Source: Piedraia hortae CBS 480.64
Lineage: Eukaryota
Assembly: GCA_010093745.1 (NCBI GenBank)
Contig: MU005961.1
Location: 186,001 to 250,000, forward strand
Length of the DNA: 64,000 nucleotides
Reading direction: 5' to 3'
The position numbers and the translations under genes were made by a program. Positions 25,114 to 36,215 of this stretch are shown here, one piece after another (position 1 is the stretch's first letter; every line of letters starts with the position of its first letter). Under the pieces are notes generated by a model, which made no database searches, was not told where the DNA came from, and saw nothing but the letters and a program-made list of their open reading frames with translations.

Positions 25114-26062
25114 AGTGACCCGAACGTAACGCTGCACACGATTCAACAGTAAGCTGCTAAGCTCCGGCGCTGTGTTATCTAACGCTATATAGTGTTGGAA
25201 GCGCGCCTGGAACAGGCGAACCTGCTCAAAAAGGTGGTCGACGCCATCAAGGACCTTGTTCAGGACTGCAATTTTGACTGCAATGACTCTGGCATCGCCC
25301 TCCAGGCCATGGACAACTCCCATGTTGCCCTCGTGTCTATGATGCTCAAATCGGAATCCTTTTCCCCGTTTCGCTGCGACCGCAACATTGCTCTCGGTAT
25401 CAACTTGAGCTCCCTGCAAAAAGTGCTCCGTTGTGCGCAGAATGAGGACGTTCTCACGGTCAAGGCCGAAGATGCCCCCGATGTTGTTAGCATGACCTTT
25501 GAAAGCGCCGACAACGACCGCATTAGCGAATACGACATCAAGTTGATGGACATTGACCAAGAGCACCTGGGCATCCCGGATACCGAATACGCGGCGAATG
25601 TGAAGCTTCCCAGTAGCGAATTTCAGCGCATCTGTCGCGACCTGAGCGCGCTTTCCGAGTCTGGTAGGTGCAGCATTATACTTTGAAAGGACCGGGACTA
25701 ATTATCAGTTTCTATTGAGTGCACCAAGGAGGGGGTCAAGTTTGGATGCACTGGCGACATTGGCTCCGGTGCCGTCACTCTGCGCTCTCACACAGACGTC
25801 GACAAGCCGGAGAAGAATGTGGACATTCAGCTCTCGGAGCCCGTGGCTCTTACCTTTTCGCTCAAGTACCTGGTCAATTTCTGCAAGGCCAGCGGACTCA
25901 GCGACCAGGTCAAGCTGTGTCTGAGCAACGAGGTGCCACTGCTCGTCGAGTATGCGCTCAGCAACAATAGCTACCTCCGCTTCTACCTCGCTCCCAAGGT
26001 ATGCTTTTTATTTTGGTCAACCCCCGCAAAGCTGACGTCAACAGATTGGAGAGGAAGAATAG
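25114..26062 (+). CDS. POL30: Proliferating cell nuclear antigen
   Basis: LEARL...[12 protein letters not shown]...[14 protein letters not shown]. Introns 25115-25192 (splits A|TG), 25664-25708 and 25999-26044. Confidence 0.97.
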
Positions 26063-26161
26063 AAGTCATGACGGAACGAGACTATGGAGCGGGTGTCTGT
26101 GTCAGCACTTGATAAAGCGGGGTTGCCCCAAATGTTTTTTTTTTTGTTTCTTTTCTTCCCC

Positions 26162-27321
26162 ATGGACGAGTGTGAGGTTCCAGAGACCAGCGTGTTGGCG
26201 ATTGCCAGTCATGTGCGTGCTGATTGGATTGGCGACGGAGCTTAGCTGATTAGCCAAAGGTCACGTCAGGGTGAGTAGTGGGACCTTGTACTGACCTTGT
26301 ACTGAACACGGAAGCTATGTCGGTAATACAATGGCCACATTCTGCATGCAGACGCTGGGGTGCGAGGTTTCGGCCATCAACACTGTGAATTACAGTAGGA
26401 GAGCCTTTTCTGGCCCAGAGGAAAATTAACGAAGTCATAGGCAACCATGTGGCTTACAAGATGGTCAAGGGACGCAAGACGATGGCCGAAGAAGTGGCCG
26501 ATGTCTGGACAGGACTGAAAAATGCTCGACTGGACCGCTTCGACATGATGCTTTCTGGCTACTGTCCGTCAGCCGCTCTGGTCGAAGAGGTGGGGAAGAT
26601 TGCACACGAGCTCAAAAGCCGTAGTTCCCCGTTCTTCTGGGTCCTCGATCCGGTCATGGGCGACAACGGCCGCATTTACGTCGCCGAAGATACTGTTCCC
26701 GTGTACAAGAAGCTGTTGCCAGATGCCGATCTCATCTTACCCAACCAGTTCGAGGCTGAGCTGCTGAGCGGTGAGGAGATCAAAAATGTATCTGGGGTGG
26801 CCAGGGCCATCTCAAAGCTGCACAAAGAACACGGGATTCCGCATGTGCTCATAACCTCCGTCCGGCTGGCTGAGGACAGTGAGTCCATGTTCTGCGTTGG
26901 ATCAACAGCCAACAGCAAAAAGGAGCCCCGAGCTTTCCGCATCAGTATTCCCCTCTTCCCCGTCTTCTTCTCTGGCACGGGCGATATGTTTGCATCGCTC
27001 ATGGTCGGTCGACTACGCCAGGCTGCAAATGAGGCGAAGCTCCTAGACAAGCCGCACTGGAAGAGCCCAGACGAGGTCGATGCCGTCCATCAGCCCCTCG
27101 CAAAAGCTGCTGAAAAGGTTTTGGCCAGCATGCACGCGGTGCTGTTGGACACTACTAAGCATTACGAGGCTGCGTGGCGGGAAACCCTAGATGAAAGCGA
27201 GCAAGAGAGACATGTGCGTCTCACACGGGCGGCTGAAGTGCGTCTGGTGCGGAATTCGAAGCTGCTAGTCTCGCCACCTATGGTTCCCGGGCTTGTTGCT
27301 CAGCCTCTTGACTCGGCATGA
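26162..27321 (+). CDS. BUD16: Pyridoxal kinase (Bud16-like)
   Basis: VLAIASH|VTSG|YVGN...SNH, DPVMGD, PNQFEAE, GTGD. Introns 26213-26259, 26271-26314 and 26395-26440. Confidence 0.9.
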
Positions 27322-27404
27322 TTTGGAACCGGGAACAGCCCGGTATAGAGACGACCTAAAAAGCTAGAGAATACAATAAACAAACGCCATCTATATTCCC
27401 ACAC

Positions 27405-29861
27405 CTAATCTACATCTTTGGGTCTTAGCGGCTCCTTTTCACTGCTATCGCCCTGTTCGCTGTGTGCGTGATCGTCGTCGCTGTCCTCGCCGAGGCCGAA
27501 CGCTTCTCGCTCTTCATCTTCTCCACTCCCGCTGTCGCTTCCCGGCGCGAAAGCGTCGTATAAGCGTCCGGCTTTGGTACCACCATTGCCGCTGTCATTT
27601 CCATCTTCATGGTCAACCATTTCGAATTCGTAGTCTTCTCTGTTCGCCAGCCATCTTTGGCGACGAGTGCGGTAGCAGTACCAGACGCCAAGACCGATGA
27701 GGAAGATGAAAATCAAAACCATTGAACCAAGGATCCATATATGGGTGGACTTTGTTGGGTGGAACGTCGGGAAATGATGGCCCCCGGAGGCATCAGTGGA
27801 AGTGGAAGTTGGAACAGACACAATCTCGTCTGCTTCTACGGCGGTGGATGAAGGTTTCGCATTCACAGGTCGGTGAGGATGGTCGCTTGGATTGCCGGGC
27901 GGTGGACCGGTTACTGCCGGAACGTCGACGCTTGTAGTGGCCACTTCGGGCTCGTGCATTACGTCGTGGTCGTCGTCGTCATGAACAGTTGGGAGGGGAA
28001 GGAGAGCCTGGGAATCGGCATTTCTGGACTCACCCCATAGCTTGAGGTGCCAGTCGACAAAGACGCCCAAATGTTCGTTTTGAATGGCATCTTTGACGAT
28101 TACGGTCCACTTGCCAATGCCACTCTCGCCCCAATGGGCCACAGACATGAAGGTCCAGTCAACGTAGCCAGCTGGTGCCCCATCATTGCGGCGGTGAGTA
28201 GCCAGATGGCTGACCATGCCGCTCGGAGATCGCAGCTCAACACTCAGATCGCCGCGGCGCGAATGATTGACGTTCATAGTGACGGTAACGTGCTCGATAC
28301 GCTCGAGGTTTGCCTTTTGCAACGCAGCATCTGTAACATCAAAGGATGATGCCAAGCCCTTGTTGCCCTGTGGAATGGCGCGGTTTACGTGCATCCACGG
28401 ACTAAAGAACCAGGCCTGCGGCTTGACGCTAGTCCAATTCTTGGCTGTCTCGACCAGCGCCCAAGCATCGGCCTTGCCATAGCCGTACTGATGCGAAAAG
28501 CGCTTTCCAACGGCCTTGTTCATGGTCCAATCGTCAGGCTGATCTACCTCAATAGCCGTCAACACCGTGATCCACTGGATATCACGCCACGTCAGTCGCG
28601 GATTCACCTCCAGCATTAGCGCATACATGCCGGCCACCAGCGGTCCAGCAGCTGACGTGCCGCCGTGGCCATTGTAGCAGACATCACTGCCAACATCAGT
28701 GGTATGGATAGCATCACCAGAGCCCGACGAGTACGTCACAACAAGTTGGGCAGCACAGCGTTCACTGTAATATGGGTGCAGGCCCTTCCGGTCGATGGCG
28801 CCAACGCTGACTGAGTAGATGGAGTTTGTGTAGCCGTCAAAATTGCAATTATCGTCATTGGCCGCACCATTGCCAATGGCAAAGACGAAGATGCTGCCCA
28901 GACCGCCGCGACCCTTCTGGATACCCGTCAGCATCGCCCGCTGAATCAGAATGCCTGGGGCCGCCATGCTCTGACCGTCATCAGGTGGCCCCCATGAGCA
29001 CGAGTAGATCTGGTTCTGCTGGTACGCGTAGTTCATGGCCACCGCTTCGTCGGCATCGGCGATTGGCTTGCTCAGGATGCGGACGCCGGCTACGCGACCG
29101 CCATAGGCCACGCCGACGCCGCACACATTGTTGCGCACTGCCGCTACTTCGCCGGCGCAGCGTGTGCCGTGCTTGTCTTCGCTGAGCAGCGGCCGAGGGT
29201 CCTTGGCGTCCTCGTTGAAGTCGTAGGAACCCTCACGGAAGTAGTTGTCCCGCAGGTCCTCGCTGTCCATGTCCAGCCCATCATCCACAATGCACACGGT
29301 GCTGTTGGCTCCAGTGATGCCCGACGCCCATACGTCCGTTACGTTGATGTCGTGGCCAATCTGCACGTGGTTGAACAGATGCCACTGCTCCTGAAATATC
29401 GGATCTTTGATGTCGAGGTTGGATGCGATTTCGAGCCCCTGCCGTACCGCCCACGGCACTGGCTGGTCCTGGCGCTGCTGCCGTGGGGGGCTGCGCTTGA
29501 CCAGCGGAAAGCGCTTTTCCAACTCCTGCTTCTGCGACAGCTGCACGCCATCCAGCACATGAGGCTCTTCGCTGCCAACTTCTCGCTTTCGTCTTCTCCG
29601 CTTCAGCTCCGCACGTTTAGTCTTGATATGATCATAGCCGTGCCTTCTCTCATTATCCCGCAAAATATAGTGGTCCTCGAGCTCGCCGAGCGGCCCGTCG
29701 AGGTGCAGTCCCAAATGGTCGGCCACGGCCTGCGGGTCAGCGCGCGGTGCCAGATGGACAGCATAGTAGTCGTGTAAGCTGTAGTCTCGCATAGCATGTG
29801 CCCCTCGGATGCCTATTGCCAGAGCTATCTGCAGCAAACGCAGTCCATTGAGCAACCGCAT
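27405..29861 (-). CDS. KEX2: Kexin-like proprotein convertase
   Basis: Signal peptide, KR pro-cleavage site, catalytic triad motifs VDDG / HGTRCAGE / GTSAA, P-domain, TM helix, acidic tail. Confidence 0.97.
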   Translation of the reverse strand: MRLLNGLRLLQIALAIGIRGAHAMRDYSLHDYYAVHLAPRADPQAVADHLGLHLDGPLGELEDHYILRDNERRHGYDHIKTKRAELKRRRRKREVGSEEPHVLDGVQLSQKQELEKRFPLVKRSPPRQQRQDQPVPWAVRQGLEIASNLDIKDPIFQEQWHLFNHVQIGHDINVTDVWASGITGANSTVCIVDDGLDMDSEDLRDNYFREGSYDFNEDAKDPRPLLSEDKHGTRCAGEVAAVRNNVCGVGVAYGGRVAGVRILSKPIADADEAVAMNYAYQQNQIYSCSWGPPDDGQSMAAPGILIQRAMLTGIQKGRGGLGSIFVFAIGNGAANDDNCNFDGYTNSIYSVSVGAIDRKGLHPYYSERCAAQLVVTYSSGSGDAIHTTDVGSDVCYNGHGGTSAAGPLVAGMYALMLEVNPRLTWRDIQWITVLTAIEVDQPDDWTMNKAVGKRFSHQYGYGKADAWALVETAKNWTSVKPQAWFFSPWMHVNRAIPQGNKGLASSFDVTDAALQKANLERIEHVTVTMNVNHSRRGDLSVELRSPSGMVSHLATHRRNDGAPAGYVDWTFMSVAHWGESGIGKWTVIVKDAIQNEHLGVFVDWHLKLWGESRNADSQALLPLPTVHDDDDHDVMHEPEVATTSVDVPAVTGPPPGNPSDHPHRPVNAKPSSTAVEADEIVSVPTSTSTDASGGHHFPTFHPTKSTHIWILGSMVLIFIFLIGLGVWYCYRTRRQRWLANREDYEFEMVDHEDGNDSGNGGTKAGRLYDAFAPGSDSGSGEDEEREAFGLGEDSDDDHAHSEQGDSSEKEPLRPKDVD

Positions 29862-30402
29862 TCTCCTATTGTCCCTTCACCCGGGAACTATAAATGGTGC
29901 AAAACTAGATGTACCAGGTCGCCGCTCATCTCCCAACTCGTTTATATGGCGCAGCAACAACACAGTGGGAGTAGCCGGGTAATCTGGCCCTCCCACTTTG
30001 TTCCATCTGGCTGAAAGCGGAACAGGTGTCCAATTCCGGGCCCGGCCCGACCCGAGACGTGTCAAAGGAAGGTGGGGACAGGTGGGGACAACATAAAGGC
30101 GCTGATCTTGGCTTGAAATAGAAGCCACGAGGTGGGGTGTGTGTGGCTGTTTATCAGAATTTCTGTGCTTGTGCCTTCCCAGTTAGAAGCTGGTAGACAA
30201 GCTTGTCGTGAATGTGTTAGCGTCCTTGGGTGGCGGCGAACGTGCAGGCTCACATCCCGGGTTTTTGCGGTCTGCCAGCCACTCCAGAGTACAGCATTTG
30301 CTGTCCATTATCTACCCGCGGTCACCCCGACTCACCCTAAGCTAACTGTCCATTATCATTATTTTCGGTGCGTGACTCTTGTCTGGTGTGTAGAGCGCGA
30401 GC

Positions 30403-33400
30403 ATGGAAGGCCGTCGCCGCTCCGGTGTGAGGGAGCAAACCCACGAGACGGGCTTCTACCGCCAGTCTACTGCGGTGCCCGCTGCTCCTTCTGGTCCGTA
30501 TAGATACTACCAGCCGCCAGCTGGGCCGCGTGACTCGAAGTCGGCTGTCACCGAGTCAGTGCGGTCCGCGCCCGGAAAAGCACCGAAGCCGCATGTAGAG
30601 GACACTTTACAGCTCCCGATTGACCCGGACGCTGTCCCGGCCAACGTCAGAGATGCGCCATGGGGTCCGGAGCCAGAGCAAGAGCCTCAGCTGCGGGAGA
30701 TGGAGGATCGGCCCATCGCAAATACCGTGGAGCGCCTAAAACATGGCAGTGTCTCGGATCAGAGTCCGTTGCAGAAGCTGGAGAGGGAACTGGTCAGCAA
30801 AGAGGAGAAACGAGCAAGAGCAGAAGAGGCAGAGGCAAAGGTAATGGAGAAGGATGCTCGAAAAATGAAAGACGAGACGCAGCATGACTACTTTACCTTG
30901 CCAGCACCGGTCCATGAGACCCGCGCCTCGGATGAAACAAGACACATTAGCGAGCCCGTGGTTCAGCCCGAGGATGACGCTATTAGAGCAGATGAGAAAC
31001 GGCTCACTGGCCCAGACCGCTTCCGACGAGCAAGTGAAGCTCTTAAATCCTCTGGTTCAAATAAACAGCGCTTCTACGCCGCCAATAAAGTTGAACAGTC
31101 GCGCGATTCCCCCGTAGACCCGCTACAAGGCACGGTGGGTAGATCCCACGCTCCTATAGCTGAAGTTGCGACCCAACAGCACAGACGGTCTGGCTCTGTC
31201 GAACAACAAGACCAGAATTTTGCCCAAATCTTCTCGCCGTTGGATACTGATGGCGCCACCGAATCTGTACCTTTGGATAGCAACTATATCCGCAGCCAGA
31301 AGAGGAATGTCAGTTCTGCAAGTGCCGATATTACCGGCCATCATGGCCCCAGGCAGGTCAGCTCCACGAGTGCAAAAACCTCTGCCACGGAACGCCCTCG
31401 TACCAGACAAGCCAGTTCTACAAGCGCAAACACTACTTCGGACCGGTATCATACCAGAGAGGTCAGCTCAGGGAGTGCAAATATCAAGACACCGTCAGAA
31501 TTCGAGTCTGCTGCTGCTAGGGGCAAAGCAGCTCACGAGAGACGCAAACTGATGTCCCAGCAGAGTGGTAATTCTGTCCCTAGAGCAGGAGTTGCTGCGC
31601 GCAAACCTGTGCCAAATCGCGCTGTGTCTCTAGGACATCGGCCTGGGAGCGGCATCGCCTCTGCTGGCGGAAACAGAGACCAGTATTCTTCTCGTGAAGT
31701 TGGCATGGCATCTGCCGGGCAGACTCCGTACCTGTCACCCTCGTCGGCCATGCCTGCACCGGGCGTAATGCCTGCCCAACCACTGCCCGCACGGCGTGCT
31801 TCGCCACAAGCAGTACAGGGGGCGGTCCCTAGGCCATCAGATCCTCGAGCCCCTCACCATCTACAGGAGCCAAGTCATCATCATGGCTTGGGGCAGCACC
31901 CATATCCTAACCTGGGCCCGTATCTTGAGGAATGGCGTTCTGCTGGCGTTGCAAGGCTCACGGTTGCCGACTTGACTGCTGCCGATGTTCCTCCAGGGAT
32001 GACGGCCCAAAGCTCTGCCATGATCAATGAGCCCTATGAAGAAGACGCCAAGAACTTTTCTCCTCCCTTGTACCTCCGATGCGGACCATTGCTACGCTAT
32101 ACGGGTATGCGACGAGAGAAAATGGTATCTGGTCGCGCGCGTGAGGTCTGGCGTGGCAGCATCATGATTGTTACCGATGACCGGCAATCCGATGTCTCCC
32201 TGGCGCCCACTTTGCGGCTGTTTGTTCAGTCCATGGAGCTGCATATACCTCCATCGCCGCATTTGGTAAACTTGGGTCACGAGCTGCCTCCAGAAGCCGA
32301 AGACCCAGTCACAGGCCAGGTCAAACTGTCTCGTACAGGCAGGCCCCTCTACGTGCGCCCAGTCCATGATATCGATGCTGTCGACCTCAGCCGTGCAGAA
32401 AACCCCCAAGGACTGTATGCGGCTACGCGCACACCCGTCATGGGCCCCCAAAGTATGGCTACACATGATGTCAGGACCAGTCAGCATATCACCTTTCAAG
32501 ACAAAACTCGCATCAAGGGTCGTTCGGGTGAGAGTGTTGGCTGCTATCGGGAAATTCGTGCTGCCCGCCTTCACACGGAAAGGGGTCTTACATTCTGGCG
32601 TTTCAATGTAGAGATTGAACTGGCCACCGAGCAGAAACGGATTGCGTACCGGATCAACAATGGGCCTGCTATCGGCTTCTGGGTTCCAGCCTTGGGCGAG
32701 ACGATGAATGTCATGTTCCATTCCTGCAACGGCTTTTCCCTGTCTGTTGATCCAGACGAATTTTGCGGCCCAGATCCTCTCTGGCGTGATGTGCTGAACA
32801 AGCATCAAGCTCGACCTTTCCACTTGATGATTGGCGGTGGAGACCAGATATACAACGATGCTGTGATGCATTCTGGGGGACTGTTTACCGACTGGATCAA
32901 TCTCAAGAACCCCGAGCACAAGCGGCATGTGGCTTGGACGCCTGAAATGCAAGATGAGCTCGAACAGTTTTACCTTGATCGCTATGCAATGTGGTTCAGC
33001 CAGGGCCTATTTGCCATGGCCAACAGTCAAATTCCAATGGTCAACATGTGGGATGATCACGACATCATTGATGGATTCGGGTCTTATCCTCATCATTTTA
33101 TGCGAAGCCCAGTCTTTTCTGGCCTCGGTGCCGTCGCCTTCAAATACTACATGTTGTTCCAGCACCAGAGTCTGGTCACGGAAACGGAAAAGGAGGAACC
33201 GAGTTGGCTGTTGGGCGCAAATCCGGGTCCGTACATCAACGAACTGAGTAGAAGCGTGGCCGTCAGTCTTGGCAAAAATGTCTTCTTCTTGGCACTAGAT
33301 TGTAGGATGGAGAGGATGCGTGACGAAGTTCTTACCCAAGGCACGTATGACAAAGTTTTCGATCGAGTGCGCTATGAGATTGGCGAAAGGGATGGAAATG

Positions 33401-35244
33401 GCCCAAAGCATCTCATTATTTTGCTTGGTGTGCCCATTGCCTATCCCCGTCTGAACTTTTTGGAGAATACGCTTACTAGCCGGGCCATGGATCCCATCAA
33501 GTCGCTCAGCCGCATGGGAGTTTGGAGTGGATTCACCAACAAATTTGATGGTGGTGTCGAAGTATTGGACGACTTGGATGATCACTGGACAGCCAAACAT
33601 CACAAGGCAGAGCGCAACTGGTTGATCCAAGAGCTCCAGGCACTCGCAGCGGAGACGTCGGTGCGCATCACCATCCTTGGAGGAGACGTTCACCTAGCCA
33701 CAGTTGGACGTTTCTACACACCTACCAAGTTCGGTGTCCCAAAGGGCAGAGATCCCCGATACATGGCCAATATTATCAGCTCTGCCATTGCCAATACACC
33801 TCCACCAAATGCCATGGCCGATCTACTCAACCGACGGAACAAGGTCCATCATCTGGACGATGCCACTGACGAGGACATGATATCCATCTTCTGGGAGGAT
33901 GTAGACGGGAAACGGCGAAACAACAATTGTCTGCTTCCTAGACGAAACTATTGCACCATTCGGGAGTACTTTCCGGACCAGACTCCTCAGGCTCCAGTGG
34001 ATGAAACTTTCTCGGGTGAGAGCGCGGAGAATGTCAATGAGGCATACCGTCGAGAGACTCTGCAACGTCGTCCCAGTCTCACACGCGGACTTGTCCGCCG
34101 GCTCACGGGCTCGAGGGCCAAGAACCCGCCTCTGTCGCTGGCGAATAGGCCGCAGAATGCGTTGCAACGCAGCAATAGCCTCGATTCCTCTGTCGGCCAA
34201 GTTGGCGAACCCGGACCGTCTCGCACCAACAGCTTCACCTTCCGCCGGTCGAATAGCTTCACCTTCCGCCGCCCCACAGACGCAGTGCCGGCCCAAGTTC
34301 AATCGACAGACCTGGTTGGGGGACTTGACATCTCATTGAACGTAGAAGTTGATCAGCATGACCCCGCCGGCAATACGGTACCTTATCGTCTCGTCGTTCC
34401 GACCTTGCTTTATGAGGGCGAGGCCGATGTAAACGCAGCGGCGATTACGGGCAGGAGGCCGAGTTTCATGGATCGCTTCCGCGGCCGTATTGGAGAGCCG
34501 GTTGTTTCACCCAGCGCTACTGTCGGTGGACCTCAATATCAACCGTATAACCTCGACCAGGGCAGTTCCATTGGCCATACGGGCGTCGATCAACATCAGG
34601 GCCTTGTACCCGTCAGCGGAGGTAACATGGCCAGGTCCATGGGCCAGGGATGGCATGGTGTTTCCGCCTCGAACACAGGAGGAGTTGCGGGTGAGATGCG
34701 CGCGGGTTCCAACCAGGTCCAGCCGCAGTGGAACCATCAAATGACTTCAGCACCGCAGGCACAGCGAAGCGGCTACCGCCGCATAAGTGCTCCTCAACCC
34801 CAGTCTCAACCCCAGTCCTGGCCATCTCAAGGACAGCATCAATCTCAGACTTTGCCAGCTCGTGGCCAGTACCCGAGCGACGATAGCCTGACTGCATCCT
34901 TTGAAGAAGACGTGGGTATGGAGGAGATTGTTCAGGACCCTGGTCAGCACGGATATGGTCACCAGGGTCAGAATATGGCCATGGATATGCTTCAGGATCA
35001 GGGTATGACCACGAGTATGCATCAGGGCCATGGCATGCCCATGCAAGCCCAGGGAGGAATGCCATCCCGGCCACCAAGGCAACGACGCCCGAGTAAGGTC
35101 GAACAGTTCTTTGGCATCGGTGATGTCAATGGACCCTGGGGTGGAAATGGCCAAGGAAGAGTGGCTCCGGTCACGAGAGAAGATGTTCCCATGGACATGC
35201 AGCAGATGACTGAAAAGAGGCGCGGATGGAGTTGGCGAAGGTGA
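30403..35244 (+). CDS. Large protein with a PhoD-like metallophosphatase domain and disordered termini
   Basis: Uninterrupted 1613-aa ORF with FHSCNGFS, GGGDQIYND, WDDHDIIDGFGSY, DDHW and GGDVH. Confidence 0.85.
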   Translation: MEGRRRSGVREQTHETGFYRQSTAVPAAPSGPYRYYQPPAGPRDSKSAVTESVRSAPGKAPKPHVEDTLQLPIDPDAVPANVRDAPWGPEPEQEPQLREMEDRPIANTVERLKHGSVSDQSPLQKLERELVSKEEKRARAEEAEAKVMEKDARKMKDETQHDYFTLPAPVHETRASDETRHISEPVVQPEDDAIRADEKRLTGPDRFRRASEALKSSGSNKQRFYAANKVEQSRDSPVDPLQGTVGRSHAPIAEVATQQHRRSGSVEQQDQNFAQIFSPLDTDGATESVPLDSNYIRSQKRNVSSASADITGHHGPRQVSSTSAKTSATERPRTRQASSTSANTTSDRYHTREVSSGSANIKTPSEFESAAARGKAAHERRKLMSQQSGNSVPRAGVAARKPVPNRAVSLGHRPGSGIASAGGNRDQYSSREVGMASAGQTPYLSPSSAMPAPGVMPAQPLPARRASPQAVQGAVPRPSDPRAPHHLQEPSHHHGLGQHPYPNLGPYLEEWRSAGVARLTVADLTAADVPPGMTAQSSAMINEPYEEDAKNFSPPLYLRCGPLLRYTGMRREKMVSGRAREVWRGSIMIVTDDRQSDVSLAPTLRLFVQSMELHIPPSPHLVNLGHELPPEAEDPVTGQVKLSRTGRPLYVRPVHDIDAVDLSRAENPQGLYAATRTPVMGPQSMATHDVRTSQHITFQDKTRIKGRSGESVGCYREIRAARLHTERGLTFWRFNVEIELATEQKRIAYRINNGPAIGFWVPALGETMNVMFHSCNGFSLSVDPDEFCGPDPLWRDVLNKHQARPFHLMIGGGDQIYNDAVMHSGGLFTDWINLKNPEHKRHVAWTPEMQDELEQFYLDRYAMWFSQGLFAMANSQIPMVNMWDDHDIIDGFGSYPHHFMRSPVFSGLGAVAFKYYMLFQHQSLVTETEKEEPSWLLGANPGPYINELSRSVAVSLGKNVFFLALDCRMERMRDEVLTQGTYDKVFDRVRYEIGERDGNGPKHLIILLGVPIAYPRLNFLENTLTSRAMDPIKSLSRMGVWSGFTNKFDGGVEVLDDLDDHWTAKHHKAERNWLIQELQALAAETSVRITILGGDVHLATVGRFYTPTKFGVPKGRDPRYMANIISSAIANTPPPNAMADLLNRRNKVHHLDDATDEDMISIFWEDVDGKRRNNNCLLPRRNYCTIREYFPDQTPQAPVDETFSGESAENVNEAYRRETLQRRPSLTRGLVRRLTGSRAKNPPLSLANRPQNALQRSNSLDSSVGQVGEPGPSRTNSFTFRRSNSFTFRRPTDAVPAQVQSTDLVGGLDISLNVEVDQHDPAGNTVPYRLVVPTLLYEGEADVNAAAITGRRPSFMDRFRGRIGEPVVSPSATVGGPQYQPYNLDQGSSIGHTGVDQHQGLVPVSGGNMARSMGQGWHGVSASNTGGVAGEMRAGSNQVQPQWNHQMTSAPQAQRSGYRRISAPQPQSQPQSWPSQGQHQSQTLPARGQYPSDDSLTASFEEDVGMEEIVQDPGQHGYGHQGQNMAMDMLQDQGMTTSMHQGHGMPMQAQGGMPSRPPRQRRPSKVEQFFGIGDVNGPWGGNGQGRVAPVTREDVPMDMQQMTEKRRGWSWRR

Positions 35245-35455
35245 TGGTGGGCAGCGATAACCTGATGACAACCTAATAGAGGAATGACCTGATGACGTGT
35301 TGTTTGTAGATCTGTAATTACTTTTATCGTGCTTTCCTGTAAACAATTTTTGTGTCCTTTTAATGCCCCGTTGGGTGGTTGCAAGGCCGATGGTTAGACT
35401 TTCAAAACATTGGTTTCGAATTCATGGTCATTACTGAGCTGCCTTTCCAGTACCA

Positions 35456-35944
35456 CTACAGCGTCAACTCAAGAAACACAGTGTTTTTGAGAGGCGTCGG
35501 ATAGTAAGCGGGGATCTCGACAAAGCCAAGAGACCTGTACAACGCCAGGGCTGAAGTCATTGTATCCAACGTGTCTAGACGCATGGCACGATAGCCCAGA
35601 GTTTTAGCCTCGTCTATAACTGCGTTTGCAAGCGCACGCCCAATGCCCTGACCGCGGCCATTTGGAAGTACGTAGAGCCGCTTCATCTCGCAAAGTTCGC
35701 CCGCAGAATCTACTGACGACAATGGTCTCAAACACACGCATCCAAGAGTTTCACTATTAGACAATGCGCGAGCTAGCAACAAGGCACCCATTGGGGGAGA
35801 GTATTTTCCAGGCAAAGTGTCCAGTTCGTTAGCAAAGCCCTGGAAAGAGAGGTCAATGTTTAGCCATTCGGCGTAGGAGATAAAGAGCGACTTGATGGCT
35901 TGCAAGTCCTGGATGCCGGAAACTGGCTTTATGACAAAGGACAT
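35456..35944 (-). CDS. GNAT-family acetyltransferase
   Basis: CEMKRLYV..GRGQGIG (acetyl-CoA motif A), MRLDTL, ALYRSLGF. Confidence 0.9.
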   Translation of the reverse strand: MSFVIKPVSGIQDLQAIKSLFISYAEWLNIDLSFQGFANELDTLPGKYSPPMGALLLARALSNSETLGCVCLRPLSSVDSAGELCEMKRLYVLPNGRGQGIGRALANAVIDEAKTLGYRAMRLDTLDTMTSALALYRSLGFVEIPAYYPTPLKNTVFLELTL

Positions 35945-36215
35945 GAGTAAAGTTCGTGTGATGCCGAATATGTGCCCGAAGGCCCCCCTTGTGATAAGGC
36001 ACAGTTGAAGTCTGGGTCAATTTTCGTTATTTACGTCAATGAACGTTTCGGAAGTGGCTAGCGCGTCCCTGTGGCTCAACCCCAGTGACTCACTAACCTC
36101 ACTCTTCTTACCCACCACACACCACACGCGCACTCAGTGGCGACACTCGCACTCCACAAACGCGCTTACCAATACCATTTGGCAAATAAATACAATCACT
36201 CAGCACTCTGACAGC

